From an uncultured delta proteobacterium (GTDB taxonomy: Bacteria > Myxococcota_A > UBA9160 > SMWR01): a stretch of 64,000 nt of DNA. Below are positions 29,796 to 39,147 of this stretch, piece after piece (the stretch's first letter is position 1; the number at the start of each line of letters is the position of its first letter). Where the stretch lies: assembly GCA_963832165.1 (NCBI GenBank), contig CAWHTE010000004.1:608001-672000 (forward strand), in the 5' to 3' direction. The notes under the pieces were generated by a model. It worked only from the letters and a program-made list of their open reading frames with translations. It was not told the DNA's origin and made no database searches. A program made the translations under genes and the position numbers.

Positions 29796-30181
29796 GCCGC
29801 GGGCTCGAGCTCCACGATCGCGCGTGCGCCGATCCGGCCGGTGAGGCGCGAGAAGAAGTCGACCACCGTCATCTGCCAGCCGTACTTCGCCTGCAGCGCT
29901 TCGTAGGCCGCGCGCACGATCTTGGCGTCCTCGACCACGCGCCCGCGCGCCTCGATCCAGTCGCCGCGCAGCGCCCCGCGCACGTTGCACGCGGCGACGC
30001 GCGCGCGCGGTCCGTTGCGCAGCCGCTTCACCTTGCCCGCGTCGCCCTCGCTGAACAGGTAGAGGTGATCGCCCCGGCGCGCGAACCAGACGGGTGTCTG
30101 CACCGCGCGGCCGTCGCGCCGGAAGGTCGCGAGACTGACGTAGCTCTCCTGGTCGAGGTCGGAGAATTTCTCGTGTTTCAT
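29792..30181 (-). CDS. PPOX class (probably F420-dependent) oxidoreductase
   Basis: YVSLATFRRDG...TPVWF...GKVKRLRN...ACNVRG...KYG. Confidence 0.85.
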   Translation of the reverse strand: MKHEKFSDLDQESYVSLATFRRDGRAVQTPVWFARRGDHLYLFSEGDAGKVKRLRNGPRARVAACNVRGALRGDWIEARGRVVEDAKIVRAAYEALQAKYGWQMTVVDFFSRLTGRIGARAIVELEPAA

Positions 30182-30309
30182 GAAGATTCCTGTAGGAACG
30201 TTACCTGCCCCGAGTTCGCGTTCACCTACGAGAGTTACAACGTAGTTGAACCCCTACAAGCTCAGGAGTATCTTGCTCCGCGGGGGCAGGCGTGCGACAG
30301 ACAACTCGT

Positions 30310-30840
30310 ATGCGGCGTTCGGCGCACCTGGCGTGGCTGCTGTGTCTTCCGTGGATCATCGGGGGCACTTCCGATCCGGGCGTGCTGCTCGAAGTCGATC
30401 GCGAGAGCTTCGAGGTGCGCGCGCGCGACCTCGCCTCGGGACACACGGGTCCCAGCCTGCGCGTCGTGCTCGGCTCGCCCGCGCATCCGACGCCGAGCGG
30501 CAACTTCCCGCTGCACGTGGTGGTGCGCAATCCGGGCTGGAGCCCGGGTGAAACCGCGCGCTCGTTCGGGGCCCATCCCGTGGAGCCGTCGAGCGACGGT
30601 CCGCTCGGCGCGGGCAAGATCCCGTTCGCGGAGCGCGGCGAGATCTCGCTGCACGGCGGCGCCAACCCGCTCCTGCTCGGCAAGCCGGTCTCGCTCGGCT
30701 GCGCGCGCGCCACCGATGAAGACCTGCTCCGCCTGCTCGACTGGCTCGAGCAGCGGCGCGCCCTGCAGCGCCCCGAGCCGATGGCCGGCGGCGAACTGCG
30801 CCAGTACTTCCGCCGCCCCGCTCGCGTCACCGTCCGCTAG
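30310..30840 (+). CDS. L,D-transpeptidase (YkuD family)
   Basis: PTPSG, NPGW, GPLG, LHG...SLGC catalytic motif. Confidence 0.82.
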   Translation: MRRSAHLAWLLCLPWIIGGTSDPGVLLEVDRESFEVRARDLASGHTGPSLRVVLGSPAHPTPSGNFPLHVVVRNPGWSPGETARSFGAHPVEPSSDGPLGAGKIPFAERGEISLHGGANPLLLGKPVSLGCARATDEDLLRLLDWLEQRRALQRPEPMAGGELRQYFRRPARVTVR

Positions 30841-30948
30841 CGCGCTGCCCAGGCGCGCACGGCGCAGTCCACGGGAAGCGGGTGCCCGGTCCGCCCAGCG
30901 TTCGCGGGTGCCGTTTAACACGTTTGGTGGGTTGCTCACCACACATGG

Positions 30949-31647
30949 GTGATGAGACGACTAGCCCCTATCTCGGGGCTGCGATGGGTGATCGCAGCCA
31001 GCGGCCTCCTCGGCGCACTCGCCGCCTCTCCGTCGCCCGCGCGCGCGCTGGCTACGGTGTTCTGGGACGCGAGTCTCGGTGTGTCGCAGGCGACGGCGAC
31101 TAACGCGAACACCGCCGGCGTTCCGGTCCGTTCGCCCGTTGGCTCCCAGCCCGTGGCGGCGCCCGACATCACCCGCGCGATCGACCTCTCGACGCTCGCG
31201 GTCGGATCGACTGCAAATGTTACGTCGAACTGGACCCTATCGAACAACACGGGAACGACGCTCCAGGACCTCTACCTCGTGTTCCTGAAGCCCCTCCCGA
31301 ACACGATCTTCCTGGACGGCAATCCCCAGCCGGTCACCTACGACCCGGCCGACGTCGGAGCCACGATCGGGAGCAATTGGGTGATCTTCCAGCTTGAATT
31401 GAACTCGATTCCCGTGTACTACCCCGCCGTCTCGGTGGGTACTCTGGCGAACGGCGCGAACGCTGTATTCCCGCTCCACTACGTGCTCGACAATCCCCAG
31501 GTGTTCACCGAATCCTTCAACTACCAACTGGGGTTGCCGAAGTGGGATCTGACATTTGTATCCGTTCCGGTGCCGGAACCAGCATCGGGTGTGCTCGTGC
31601 TCGCAGGCCTGGTGGGAATCGCGCGCTCGCGACGCAAGCGCTCGTAG
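30949..31647 (+). CDS. PEP-CTERM sorting-domain surface protein
   Basis: Signal peptide; Thr/Asn/Ser-rich body; VPEP + TM + RSRRKRS tail. Confidence 0.85.
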   Translation: MMRRLAPISGLRWVIAASGLLGALAASPSPARALATVFWDASLGVSQATATNANTAGVPVRSPVGSQPVAAPDITRAIDLSTLAVGSTANVTSNWTLSNNTGTTLQDLYLVFLKPLPNTIFLDGNPQPVTYDPADVGATIGSNWVIFQLELNSIPVYYPAVSVGTLANGANAVFPLHYVLDNPQVFTESFNYQLGLPKWDLTFVSVPVPEPASGVLVLAGLVGIARSRRKRS

Positions 31648-33278
31648 ACCCCCGAGCGCGGCTCGTCGTCGCGGCCCTGGCCGTGGTGCTCGCCGCGCTA
31701 CCGGCGCTCGCTGCCGATGAGGCCGCGGTGCTGCGACAGAGCGCCGAGCAGCTCGCGGCGGCCGACCGCTGCGAGGAGGCGCTCCCGCGTGCCCGCAAGG
31801 CGCGCGAGCTCGACGCGCGCGACGCGCGCGCCGCGCTCGTCGAGGGGCGCTGCCTGCTGCGGCTCCGCAACTACCGCGAGTCGTTGGCGCCGCTCACCAC
31901 TGCACGAGAGCTCGATCCGAAGCTCGAGGGCGTCTCGGCCGATCTCGCGCAGGCCCACTACCACCTCGAGGAGCTCGACGCGGCGAGCGCAGAGCTCGAT
32001 CGCGCAGAGCGCGAAAACCCGAACGACGCGCGCACGCAGCTGTACCGCGGCCTCGTGCTGTCGCATCAGGCCAAGCAGCGCGAGGCCGCACAAGCGTTCT
32101 CCCGCGCGGCCGGACTCGACCCCGAGCTCGCCAGCGTCGCGGGGCTGTACGCGGGGCGCAGCTGGGCCAGCGCACAGGAGCGCAAGCAGGCCCGCGAGTC
32201 GCTCGAGCGCGCGCACGCGGCCAATCCGGATTCGGAGTGGGGGCGCGCCGCGGCGAAGGAGCTCGAAGCGCTCGAGGCGCCCTATCGCCGCCACGCGTGG
32301 GCCCGGTTGAAGGCCGGGGTGGAGCACGACTCGAACGTGACGCTCCAGAACGACACCCTGCGGTACAACGTATTTCAGGTCCAGTCCGGGGAGGTTCCCG
32401 AGATCAGCCCGGACGAGCGCGAGGACACGGTCGCGGTGTTCGAAGCCGAGGGCGGCCTCGAGTTCCTGCGCGACGAAAAGCAGTCCGCGGGCGCCGGAAT
32501 CGGCTACTTCGGCAACGCGCACGACAACGTGCACGAGCTCGACCTGCAGTATCCGTGGGCCTCGCTCTGGTACGACCGGCTCGTGGGCGCGGACACCTGG
32601 CTCCGGCTGCAGCCGTACGTCGGCTACGCGTGGCTCGAGACCGACCCGTTCGTGTTCCTGGGCGGCGGAACGCTGTCGGCGAGGCGCTCCTTCAACGATC
32701 GCTTCTCGGGTTACGTGTACTCGCGTCTGACCGCGAACGAATTCCTGTACAACCTGCACCCCGATGCCGTGGTCGCCGCGTCCGGACCGGCGGGTCCGTT
32801 CATCGCCGATCGCTTCCTGCGCTTCCGCGACCGCGACGGCATCGAGTCCGAGACCGGTGTCGAGGGCACCTTCGCAGTCGTGCCGGCCAGCACGTCGCTG
32901 CGCGCGGGAACGGCCTACCAGCGCTACTGGGCCGAGGGCCGCGACTGGACCCGCCATGGCAGCAGGAGCTGGGTGGGGCTCACCCAGGCGCTCCCCTGGC
33001 GCTTCGTCCTCGATGTGGATGGCAGCTACACCTGGCACCCCTACGACCACCGCTCCAGCTACGACGAAGACCTGTTCCGGTACGTGGTGGGGCAGGGGCC
33101 CGAGCGCGAGGACCACATCTGGGACGCGCAAGTCGAGCTCCGATACCCGCTAACCGACTGGCTTCAGGTTTCGGCGCGCGGTCAGTACACGGACAGCGAG
33201 TCCAATGTGGCTGTATTCGATTACGACCGCTGGGTGGCGGGAGGTTACCTAACCGTGACATGGGGCCACACATATTGA
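31644..33278 (+). CDS. TPR + outer-membrane beta-barrel protein (DUF560/Slam-like)
   Basis: Signal peptide, ~5 TPRs, GVEHDSNV barrel start, YTDSESNVAVFDYDRW, aromatic C-terminus; start codon unclear. Confidence 0.7.
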   Translation, partial: VDPRARLVVAALAVVLAALPALAADEAAVLRQSAEQLAAADRCEEALPRARKARELDARDARAALVEGRCLLRLRNYRESLAPLTTARELDPKLEGVSADLAQAHYHLEELDAASAELDRAERENPNDARTQLYRGLVLSHQAKQREAAQAFSRAAGLDPELASVAGLYAGRSWASAQERKQARESLERAHAANPDSEWGRAAAKELEALEAPYRRHAWARLKAGVEHDSNVTLQNDTLRYNVFQVQSGEVPEISPDEREDTVAVFEAEGGLEFLRDEKQSAGAGIGYFGNAHDNVHELDLQYPWASLWYDRLVGADTWLRLQPYVGYAWLETDPFVFLGGGTLSARRSFNDRFSGYVYSRLTANEFLYNLHPDAVVAASGPAGPFIADRFLRFRDRDGIESETGVEGTFAVVPASTSLRAGTAYQRYWAEGRDWTRHGSRSWVGLTQALPWRFVLDVDGSYTWHPYDHRSSYDEDLFRYVVGQGPEREDHIWDAQVELRYPLTDWLQVSARGQYTDSESNVAVFDYDRWVAGGYLTVTWGHTY

Positions 33279-33295
33279 AACGGAGATCCCCCCCA

Positions 33296-34651
33296 ATGTT
33301 GAAGCGGAATCCCTTCTCGATGTTTGTCGTTGTCGGTTCGCTGGCGATTGCCAGCACCGCATTCGCCGCCGACGAGCTAGGTCGTGTGAGCGAGATGACG
33401 GGCGACGTCACCGCACAGCAGCCCGGCGCAGAGCCGCGCTCGCTGGCGTGTGGCGATCCCGTGTTTCCGGGCGACACGCTGCGGACGGGCCAGGGCTCGC
33501 ACGTGGGCGTGCAGCTCGGCGACGTCGCCACCCACCTCGACGCGAACAGCCAGGTGGTGCTCGGCCGCACCGCGCAGAACACGCCCTCGGCGCGCCTCAT
33601 GGCGGGCAAGGTGCGGATGATCGATCCGCGCGAGGAAGGCGAGCCCGCGCAGCTCGCGGTGCTCGACGCGGATGCGAAGGTCCAGGGCAACGACGCCGAG
33701 GGCTACATCTTCTCGGAGAAGATCGGTCCCTACGCGATGCTGTGCGAGTGGGACGATCCGCTCGCCGTGAGCCGCGGCTCTGACTCGAAGACCGCGAAGC
33801 CCGGCGAGTGCGTGATCGCGAAGCCGAAGGAGCCGCTCTACACCGCGAAGGCCCACGAGGCCCGCATCCCTGCGCTCGCGCAGGAGTGTGCGAGCCCGCG
33901 CAACATCGCGTCGCTGAACGACCCGATGCACCACCTCTCACCGGAAGACGTGGCGGCCGTGGGCCCGATGCTGGCCGCGTTCCAGCCGCCGGACCCCGCG
34001 CAGACGCCCGACTACGTCTGCGACACGACGGACGAGGGGGTCTGCTCGCCCGAGCGCCAGCTCGTGGCGGTCGAGCCCGATCCCGTGATCGAGGACCCGT
34101 GCGCGTTCGGCTTCTGCCCGGGCAACGAGCCGCCTGCGAACGAGCCGCCTGCGAACGAGCCGCCCGCGAACGAGCCGCCTGCGAACGAGCCGCCCGCGAA
34201 CGAGCCGCCTGCGAACGAGCCGCCCGCGAACGAGCCGCCCGCGAACGAGCCGCCCGCGAACGAGCCGCCCGTGACGGCTGGTGGACCGCCGCCGTTCTCG
34301 GACGAGTTCCCCGGGAACTCCGGCACGACGCCCCCGCCCTTCGACAACGAGATCCCCGGGAACTCGGGGACGACGCCGCCCAACACGAACGACTTTCCCG
34401 GAAATGGGCAGCAGACGCCCCCGGTCAACCAGCCGCCCGTGATCGAGCCGCCCGTCACGACCGCCGGTGGACCGCCGCCCTTCTCGAACATCTTCCCGGG
34501 GAATTCGACGCCGCCCGCGCCCTTCACGGACGTGCCGCCGGCGCCGCCCGTCGCGGATGTCCCGCCCTTCACGAACGTGTTCCCCGCGCAGAGTGCGCCC
34601 TTCGCGGATGGGTTCCCCGCGGTGGCGCCGAACCACAACCCCGGCGTCTAA
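33296..34651 (+). CDS. Secreted FecR-like domain protein with Cys-containing linker and Pro-rich repeat tail
   Basis: Signal peptide; GRVSEMTGDV...GDPVFPGDTLRTGQGS...LDANSQV FecR N-terminal pattern; RBS GGAG. Confidence 0.7.
   Translation: MLKRNPFSMFVVVGSLAIASTAFAADELGRVSEMTGDVTAQQPGAEPRSLACGDPVFPGDTLRTGQGSHVGVQLGDVATHLDANSQVVLGRTAQNTPSARLMAGKVRMIDPREEGEPAQLAVLDADAKVQGNDAEGYIFSEKIGPYAMLCEWDDPLAVSRGSDSKTAKPGECVIAKPKEPLYTAKAHEARIPALAQECASPRNIASLNDPMHHLSPEDVAAVGPMLAAFQPPDPAQTPDYVCDTTDEGVCSPERQLVAVEPDPVIEDPCAFGFCPGNEPPANEPPANEPPANEPPANEPPANEPPANEPPANEPPANEPPANEPPVTAGGPPPFSDEFPGNSGTTPPPFDNEIPGNSGTTPPNTNDFPGNGQQTPPVNQPPVIEPPVTTAGGPPPFSNIFPGNSTPPAPFTDVPPAPPVADVPPFTNVFPAQSAPFADGFPAVAPNHNPGV
34124..34273 (+). 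repeat. 15-bp coding tandem repeat, 10 units (NEPPA x9 + NEPPV)
   Basis: AACGAGCCGCC(T/C)GCG repeated head to tail. Confidence 0.97.
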
Positions 34652-34714
34652 AGAGCAGCGCCGAGGACGTGAACACAGAAGCCCGGCTGAGCTAGCGTGG
34701 TGGTGGAGGTTCCG

Positions 34715-35239
34715 ATGGGCTTCCACCACCTCGCTCTCGCCACCCGGGACATCAAGGCAACCCACGAGTTCTACACCGCGGCGATGGGCTTCGAGCTCGT
34801 CAAGGTCGTGGTGGGACCCGCGGGCAAACGCGGCTTCGCCAAGCACCTGTTCTACGACACGGGCAACGGCGAGCTGATCGCGTTCTGGGATCTGCACGAT
34901 CCCGACCTCGCACCGGACTGGTCGCCCGCGATCGCCGAGGGGCTCGGGCTCCCGCTCTGGACGAACCACATCGCGTTCGCAGCCACCGACCGCGCCGACA
35001 TCGACCGGTGCCGCGACCGCTGGCTCGCGCACGGCGTCGACGTGATGGAGAGCGACCACCACTGGTGCCTGTCGATCTACGCCACGGACCCGAACGGGAT
35101 CCTCGTCGAGTTCTGCACCACGACCGATCCCGGCTTCCACGATCGCGCGGAGGCCGAGCGCCTGCTCGCCGAGCCCACGCCGCCGCAGGACCCGCGCCCG
35201 ATCACGCGCGTCTTCCGCGCGGTGGACTACAAGCGCTAG
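34715..35239 (+). CDS. VOC/glyoxalase family protein
   Basis: FHHLAL, HLFYD, NHIAF, SIYATDPNGILVEF; RBS GGAGG. Confidence 0.88.
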   Translation: MGFHHLALATRDIKATHEFYTAAMGFELVKVVVGPAGKRGFAKHLFYDTGNGELIAFWDLHDPDLAPDWSPAIAEGLGLPLWTNHIAFAATDRADIDRCRDRWLAHGVDVMESDHHWCLSIYATDPNGILVEFCTTTDPGFHDRAEAERLLAEPTPPQDPRPITRVFRAVDYKR

Positions 35240-36192
35240 CGACCCGGGCCCGGGAACAGCGCGTCGATCTGTCCGAGGATCTCCTCAGGCAGGCGCAGTC
35301 CCGACGCCTTCACGTTGTCCTCGAGCTGTGAGACGCGCGTGATCCCCGTGATCACGCTCGCGACGTTGGGCTCGGCCAGGCACCACGCGAGCGCGAGCTG
35401 CGCCATCGAGATGCCGAGCTCGCGCGCGAGCGGCGCGAGCCGGTCGGTGCTCGCGAGCATCTCGGGCTCGAGGAAAGCGTCCATGAACACGTTGCGGACC
35501 TTGTCTGCCGCGCGCGTGCCCGCGGGTCGCCGGCCGCCGCTGTACTTGCCCGTGAGCGCGCCCTGCGCGAGCGGGCTGAACACGATCTGCGAGAGTCCCT
35601 CGCGCCGCGAGACGGGCATCACCTCCGCCTCGATCCCGCGCCGCAGCACATTGTACTGCGGCTGATTCGAGATCGGCCGCACCGCGCGCAGCGCCTCGGC
35701 GGTGCGGCAGGCGTCGAGGATCTGCGCGCCGCGCCACTCCGAGACGCCCCAGTAGAGCACCTTGCCCTGGCGCACGAGGTCGTCGAACGCGCGCACCGTC
35801 TCCTCGACGGGCGTGTTCGGGTCGTAGCGATGGCACTGCAACAGGTCGATGTAGTCGGTCCCGAGCCGGCGCAGAGATCCCTCTGCGCTCTCGATGATGT
35901 GCTTGCGCGAGAGCCCGCGGTCGTTCGGGCGCTCGGACATCGGGAAGAAGCACTTCGTGGCGATCACCACGTAGCGGCGCGGGATCCCCTGCAGCGCAGC
36001 GCCGAGCGCCTCCTCTCCCTCGCCGTTCGAGTACACGTCCGCGGTGTCGAAGAGATTCACGCCGAGATCGAACGCGCGGTGCACGATCTCGCGCGTGCCG
36101 GCGCGGTCGACGCTCGATCCGAGCGTGAGCCACGAGCCCACCGACACCTCGCTCACGACGAGCCCGCTGCGCCCGAGATTCCGGTATTCCAT
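35236..36192 (-). CDS. Aldo/keto reductase
   Basis: LGRSGL, FDTADVY, IATK, SLRRLGTDYIDLLQCH, SPLAQGALTGKY. Confidence 0.93.
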   Translation of the reverse strand: MEYRNLGRSGLVVSEVSVGSWLTLGSSVDRAGTREIVHRAFDLGVNLFDTADVYSNGEGEEALGAALQGIPRRYVVIATKCFFPMSERPNDRGLSRKHIIESAEGSLRRLGTDYIDLLQCHRYDPNTPVEETVRAFDDLVRQGKVLYWGVSEWRGAQILDACRTAEALRAVRPISNQPQYNVLRRGIEAEVMPVSRREGLSQIVFSPLAQGALTGKYSGGRRPAGTRAADKVRNVFMDAFLEPEMLASTDRLAPLARELGISMAQLALAWCLAEPNVASVITGITRVSQLEDNVKASGLRLPEEILGQIDALFPGPGR

Positions 36193-36217
36193 GGGCGTCC
36201 ATTCTACACTGGGCGCT

Positions 36218-36814
36218 GTGACCGACGGCTTCGATCTCCAATCCGCTACGGACCGCGCGTGGGTCGAGCGCGCACTCGCGGGGCTCGACGAGCTGCTCGT
36301 CGATCACGCGCACTGCGAGAAGAAGGCCGCGGGCACCGCGCTCAACCTGATCTTCCGCTATCCGCGCCACGCGCAGCTGCTCGAGCCGCTCTCGCGGCTC
36401 GCGCGCGAGGAGCTCGTGCATTTCGAGCAGGTGCTCGCGCTGCTGCGCGGCCGCGGCGTCGCGTTCGCGTCCCAGAAGCCCGCGTCCTACGCGGGCCGGC
36501 TGCGCGCGGCCACGCGTGCGCACGACCCGGAGCGGCTCGTCGATCTGCTGCTGTGCAGCGCGCTGATCGAGGCGCGCAGCTGCGAGCGCTTCGCGCTGCT
36601 CGCGTCCGCGGTGGCCGAGCCCGCGCTGCGCGACTTCTACGCGGGCCTGCACGCGGCCGAGGCGCGCCACCACCGCGTCTACGTCGAGCTCGCGGAATCG
36701 CTCGCGGCGCCCGATGCGGTGTGCGCGCGCTACCGCGAGCTCGCCGCACACGAAGCCGCGATCCTCGAGCAGACTCCGCTGTGCTCGCGCATGCACGCGG
36801 GCGCGCTCGCTTGA
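36218..36814 (+). CDS. miaE: tRNA-(ms2io6A37) hydroxylase MiaE
   Basis: DHAHCEKKAA, EELVHFEQV, ALIEARSCERF, EARH di-iron motifs. Confidence 0.9.
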   Translation: MTDGFDLQSATDRAWVERALAGLDELLVDHAHCEKKAAGTALNLIFRYPRHAQLLEPLSRLAREELVHFEQVLALLRGRGVAFASQKPASYAGRLRAATRAHDPERLVDLLLCSALIEARSCERFALLASAVAEPALRDFYAGLHAAEARHHRVYVELAESLAAPDAVCARYRELAAHEAAILEQTPLCSRMHAGALA

Positions 36815-36866
36815 CGCGCCGAGCGCGCGCGGTCAATCTGCGAAACCTCGACAGGAGGGCAGGCAC

Positions 36867-37604
36867 ATGGCGATCCAGACCGAGCGCGTGAAGATTCCGC
36901 TCGACGGTGGCAAGACGATGGGCGGCTACCTCGCGCGGCCCGCGGGTGGCGACAAGCGACCCGGCGTGATCGTGTGGATGGAGATCTTCGGCATCAACTC
37001 GCACATCCGCGACGTGGTCGAGCGCGTGGCGGCCGAGGGCTACGTGGCGCTCGCGCCCGATTTCTTCCACCGCACCGGGCCCGACGTCGAGTACGGCTAC
37101 GACGATGCGGGCATGGCGGGCGGCATGAAGCTGCTCGGACAGCTCGACGCCGACGAGATGATCTCCGACGCGCGCGCGGCGCTCGCGTATCTGCGCGGCC
37201 GGCCCGACGCCACGGGCAAGGTCGGTGTGATGGGCTTCTGCATCGGCGGCCACATGACCTATCTCACCGCGTGCGAGACTGACGTGGCCGCCGCGGCGAG
37301 CTTCTACGGCGGCGGCATCGCCGCACCGCAGGGCATGGGCGGCAAGCCGAGTACGATCGGACGCAGCGGGCAGATCCGCGGGAAGATGCTCGCCTTGTTC
37401 GGCGAGAAGGACGCCTTGATCCCGCCCGCACAGGTCGAAGCGATCCGCGCCGCGCTCGCGAAGGCGGGATCGAAGCACGAGGTGGTCGTGTACCCGGGCG
37501 CGGACCACGGCTTCTTCTGCGACCAGCGCGCCACCTATCAGAAGGAGGCGGCGGAGGACGCGTGGAAGCGCGTGAAGACGCTGTTCCGCGAGCAGCTGGC
37601 CTGA
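36867..37604 (+). CDS. Dienelactone hydrolase family protein
   Basis: EIFG, GFCIGG, GEKD, YPGADHGF; RBS AGGAGG. Confidence 0.92.
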   Translation: MAIQTERVKIPLDGGKTMGGYLARPAGGDKRPGVIVWMEIFGINSHIRDVVERVAAEGYVALAPDFFHRTGPDVEYGYDDAGMAGGMKLLGQLDADEMISDARAALAYLRGRPDATGKVGVMGFCIGGHMTYLTACETDVAAAASFYGGGIAAPQGMGGKPSTIGRSGQIRGKMLALFGEKDALIPPAQVEAIRAALAKAGSKHEVVVYPGADHGFFCDQRATYQKEAAEDAWKRVKTLFREQLA

Positions 37605-37611
37605 TCTCCGT

Positions 37612-39147
37612 TCACTGCGATTCGACGCGCAGCGCACACAGCTGCGCGTCGGGCTGTCCCACGATCACGAGCACGTCGGGCGTGCGGTAGTCGACGCCGG
37701 GCGCGCCAGGCCTCACGCGCACGATGCCCGGCGCGCGCAGCTCTCCCACGGCGTTGCTGGGCGCGAACGGGCGCTCCTGCGATGCGATCTGGAATCGGTC
37801 GGGCGGGACCGGCACGGGCGGCGCGCCGGACAGGTCGATGCGCACGCGCGTGAACGTGCCGTCACAGAAGTCGGTCGCGAACAGCTCCGTGCCGGCCGCG
37901 TTCACGGCCACCTGGGTGAATCCCTCGCACTGCGCGGCGGGCGGTCCGTCGGAACGATCGGGCAGCACGAGCGGCTCGTCCGCGGTGAAGATGCCCGCGT
38001 GGGGCGTGTTCGCGCTCTGCCCGAGGATCGCCGGCGGACCCGCGGAATAGAGACTCGGGTCGTCGAGCGCTCGCAGGTCGACGCCGTAGATCTGGCGATG
38101 CGACGAGGCGCCGACCCACGCGAGCCGGCCGCCCGGGTCGATGGCGGGCGCGTCGAACGAGGGGCCCGCGAACCCGAGCGGGATCACCGCGGCGATCCGC
38201 GGCACGCTCGGATCGATCACCTCGATCGCGCCCGGACCGCGCACGTTGCCCGCGCCGGTTCCGCTCCCGATCGCGCCGGTCGTCGTCACGAGCACGAGCT
38301 CGCGCCCGCCCGGAGTCACGGTGCGCTGCACGCCGGTCGGATTGAAGTGCTCGGTGAACAGCACGGGCGTCGCGGCATCGGGTCGCACGCGCAGCACGCC
38401 GCCCGTCTCGATCCACTCGTAGACGAGCACGGTGCCCGGATGGAAACGCGTGCCGCTCACGAGATTCGACGTGGCGACGAACAGCCGTCCGCCAGCGACG
38501 GCCTTTCCGGCCGTGAGCGTGGTGAGATAGGACGGCTGCGTCGGATCGCACGTGGGGCTCGGCGCGGTCGGCTGCCCGGTCGAATCGATCGGCTCGACCG
38601 GTCGGATGCACGCGAGTGTCGAGATGCCCGTGCGCAGATGCGTCTGGCCGGGTGGCGGCAGCAGTGGGTACGCACCTGGCGCGGTGCTCGCGGGCGTCTC
38701 GACGAGCACGTTGCGCGGCGCCGCGGCGCTCGGGTCGTAGACGAGCAGCTGTTCGTAGTTGCTCGTGGAGACGAGGGCGAGGTCGTCGCGCAAGGCGGTG
38801 ATTTCGCCCATCACGGGCGTGAGAGGGAAGCCCACGATCGGCGCGATCGCGGAGGCGTCGTCGCGTCCGTCGCCGTCGCTGTCGGTGCCGATGTTGTCGA
38901 ACGCGAGCGGCGTCGGGCGCTCGGCCTCGAGGTCGAACGAAGCGACTCCGGGAGGGCTCGTCTGCACGAGCGCGGCGCGGTGCGAGGCCTGCGACAGCAG
39001 CGCGAGGCCGGACGGGAAGGTGCCCGCGAGGGGCGTGCAGTTGAACGCGATGGGCTCGCGCTCCACGACGAGTCCCTTGCCCGAGTCGCCGCCGCCCTCG
39101 CACGCGGCGGCGCAAAGCGCGAAGAGCGCGAGCGCGCGCGTCCTCAC
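37612..39147 (-). CDS. Uncharacterised lipoprotein, probable beta-propeller (YncE/BtuG-like position in the operon)
   Basis: Lipobox CAAAC + GGG linker; repeated short beta-strand blades (RLFVATSN, IEVID, LAWVG, ELFATD); coupled to the TonB receptor (GTGA). Confidence 0.6.
   Translation of the reverse strand: MRTRALALFALCAAACEGGGDSGKGLVVEREPIAFNCTPLAGTFPSGLALLSQASHRAALVQTSPPGVASFDLEAERPTPLAFDNIGTDSDGDGRDDASAIAPIVGFPLTPVMGEITALRDDLALVSTSNYEQLLVYDPSAAAPRNVLVETPASTAPGAYPLLPPPGQTHLRTGISTLACIRPVEPIDSTGQPTAPSPTCDPTQPSYLTTLTAGKAVAGGRLFVATSNLVSGTRFHPGTVLVYEWIETGGVLRVRPDAATPVLFTEHFNPTGVQRTVTPGGRELVLVTTTGAIGSGTGAGNVRGPGAIEVIDPSVPRIAAVIPLGFAGPSFDAPAIDPGGRLAWVGASSHRQIYGVDLRALDDPSLYSAGPPAILGQSANTPHAGIFTADEPLVLPDRSDGPPAAQCEGFTQVAVNAAGTELFATDFCDGTFTRVRIDLSGAPPVPVPPDRFQIASQERPFAPSNAVGELRAPGIVRVRPGAPGVDYRTPDVLVIVGQPDAQLCALRVESQ

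Noticed and set aside
34124..34273. Tandem array as a possible CRISPR
   Set aside because: 15-bp units abut with no spacers, encode NEPPA in frame, and no cas genes are present
36811..36836. TTGAC...GTCAA palindrome upstream of the dienelactone hydrolase as an operator or promoter
   Set aside because: Single occurrence, overlaps the miaE stop, weak -10; cannot be told from chance
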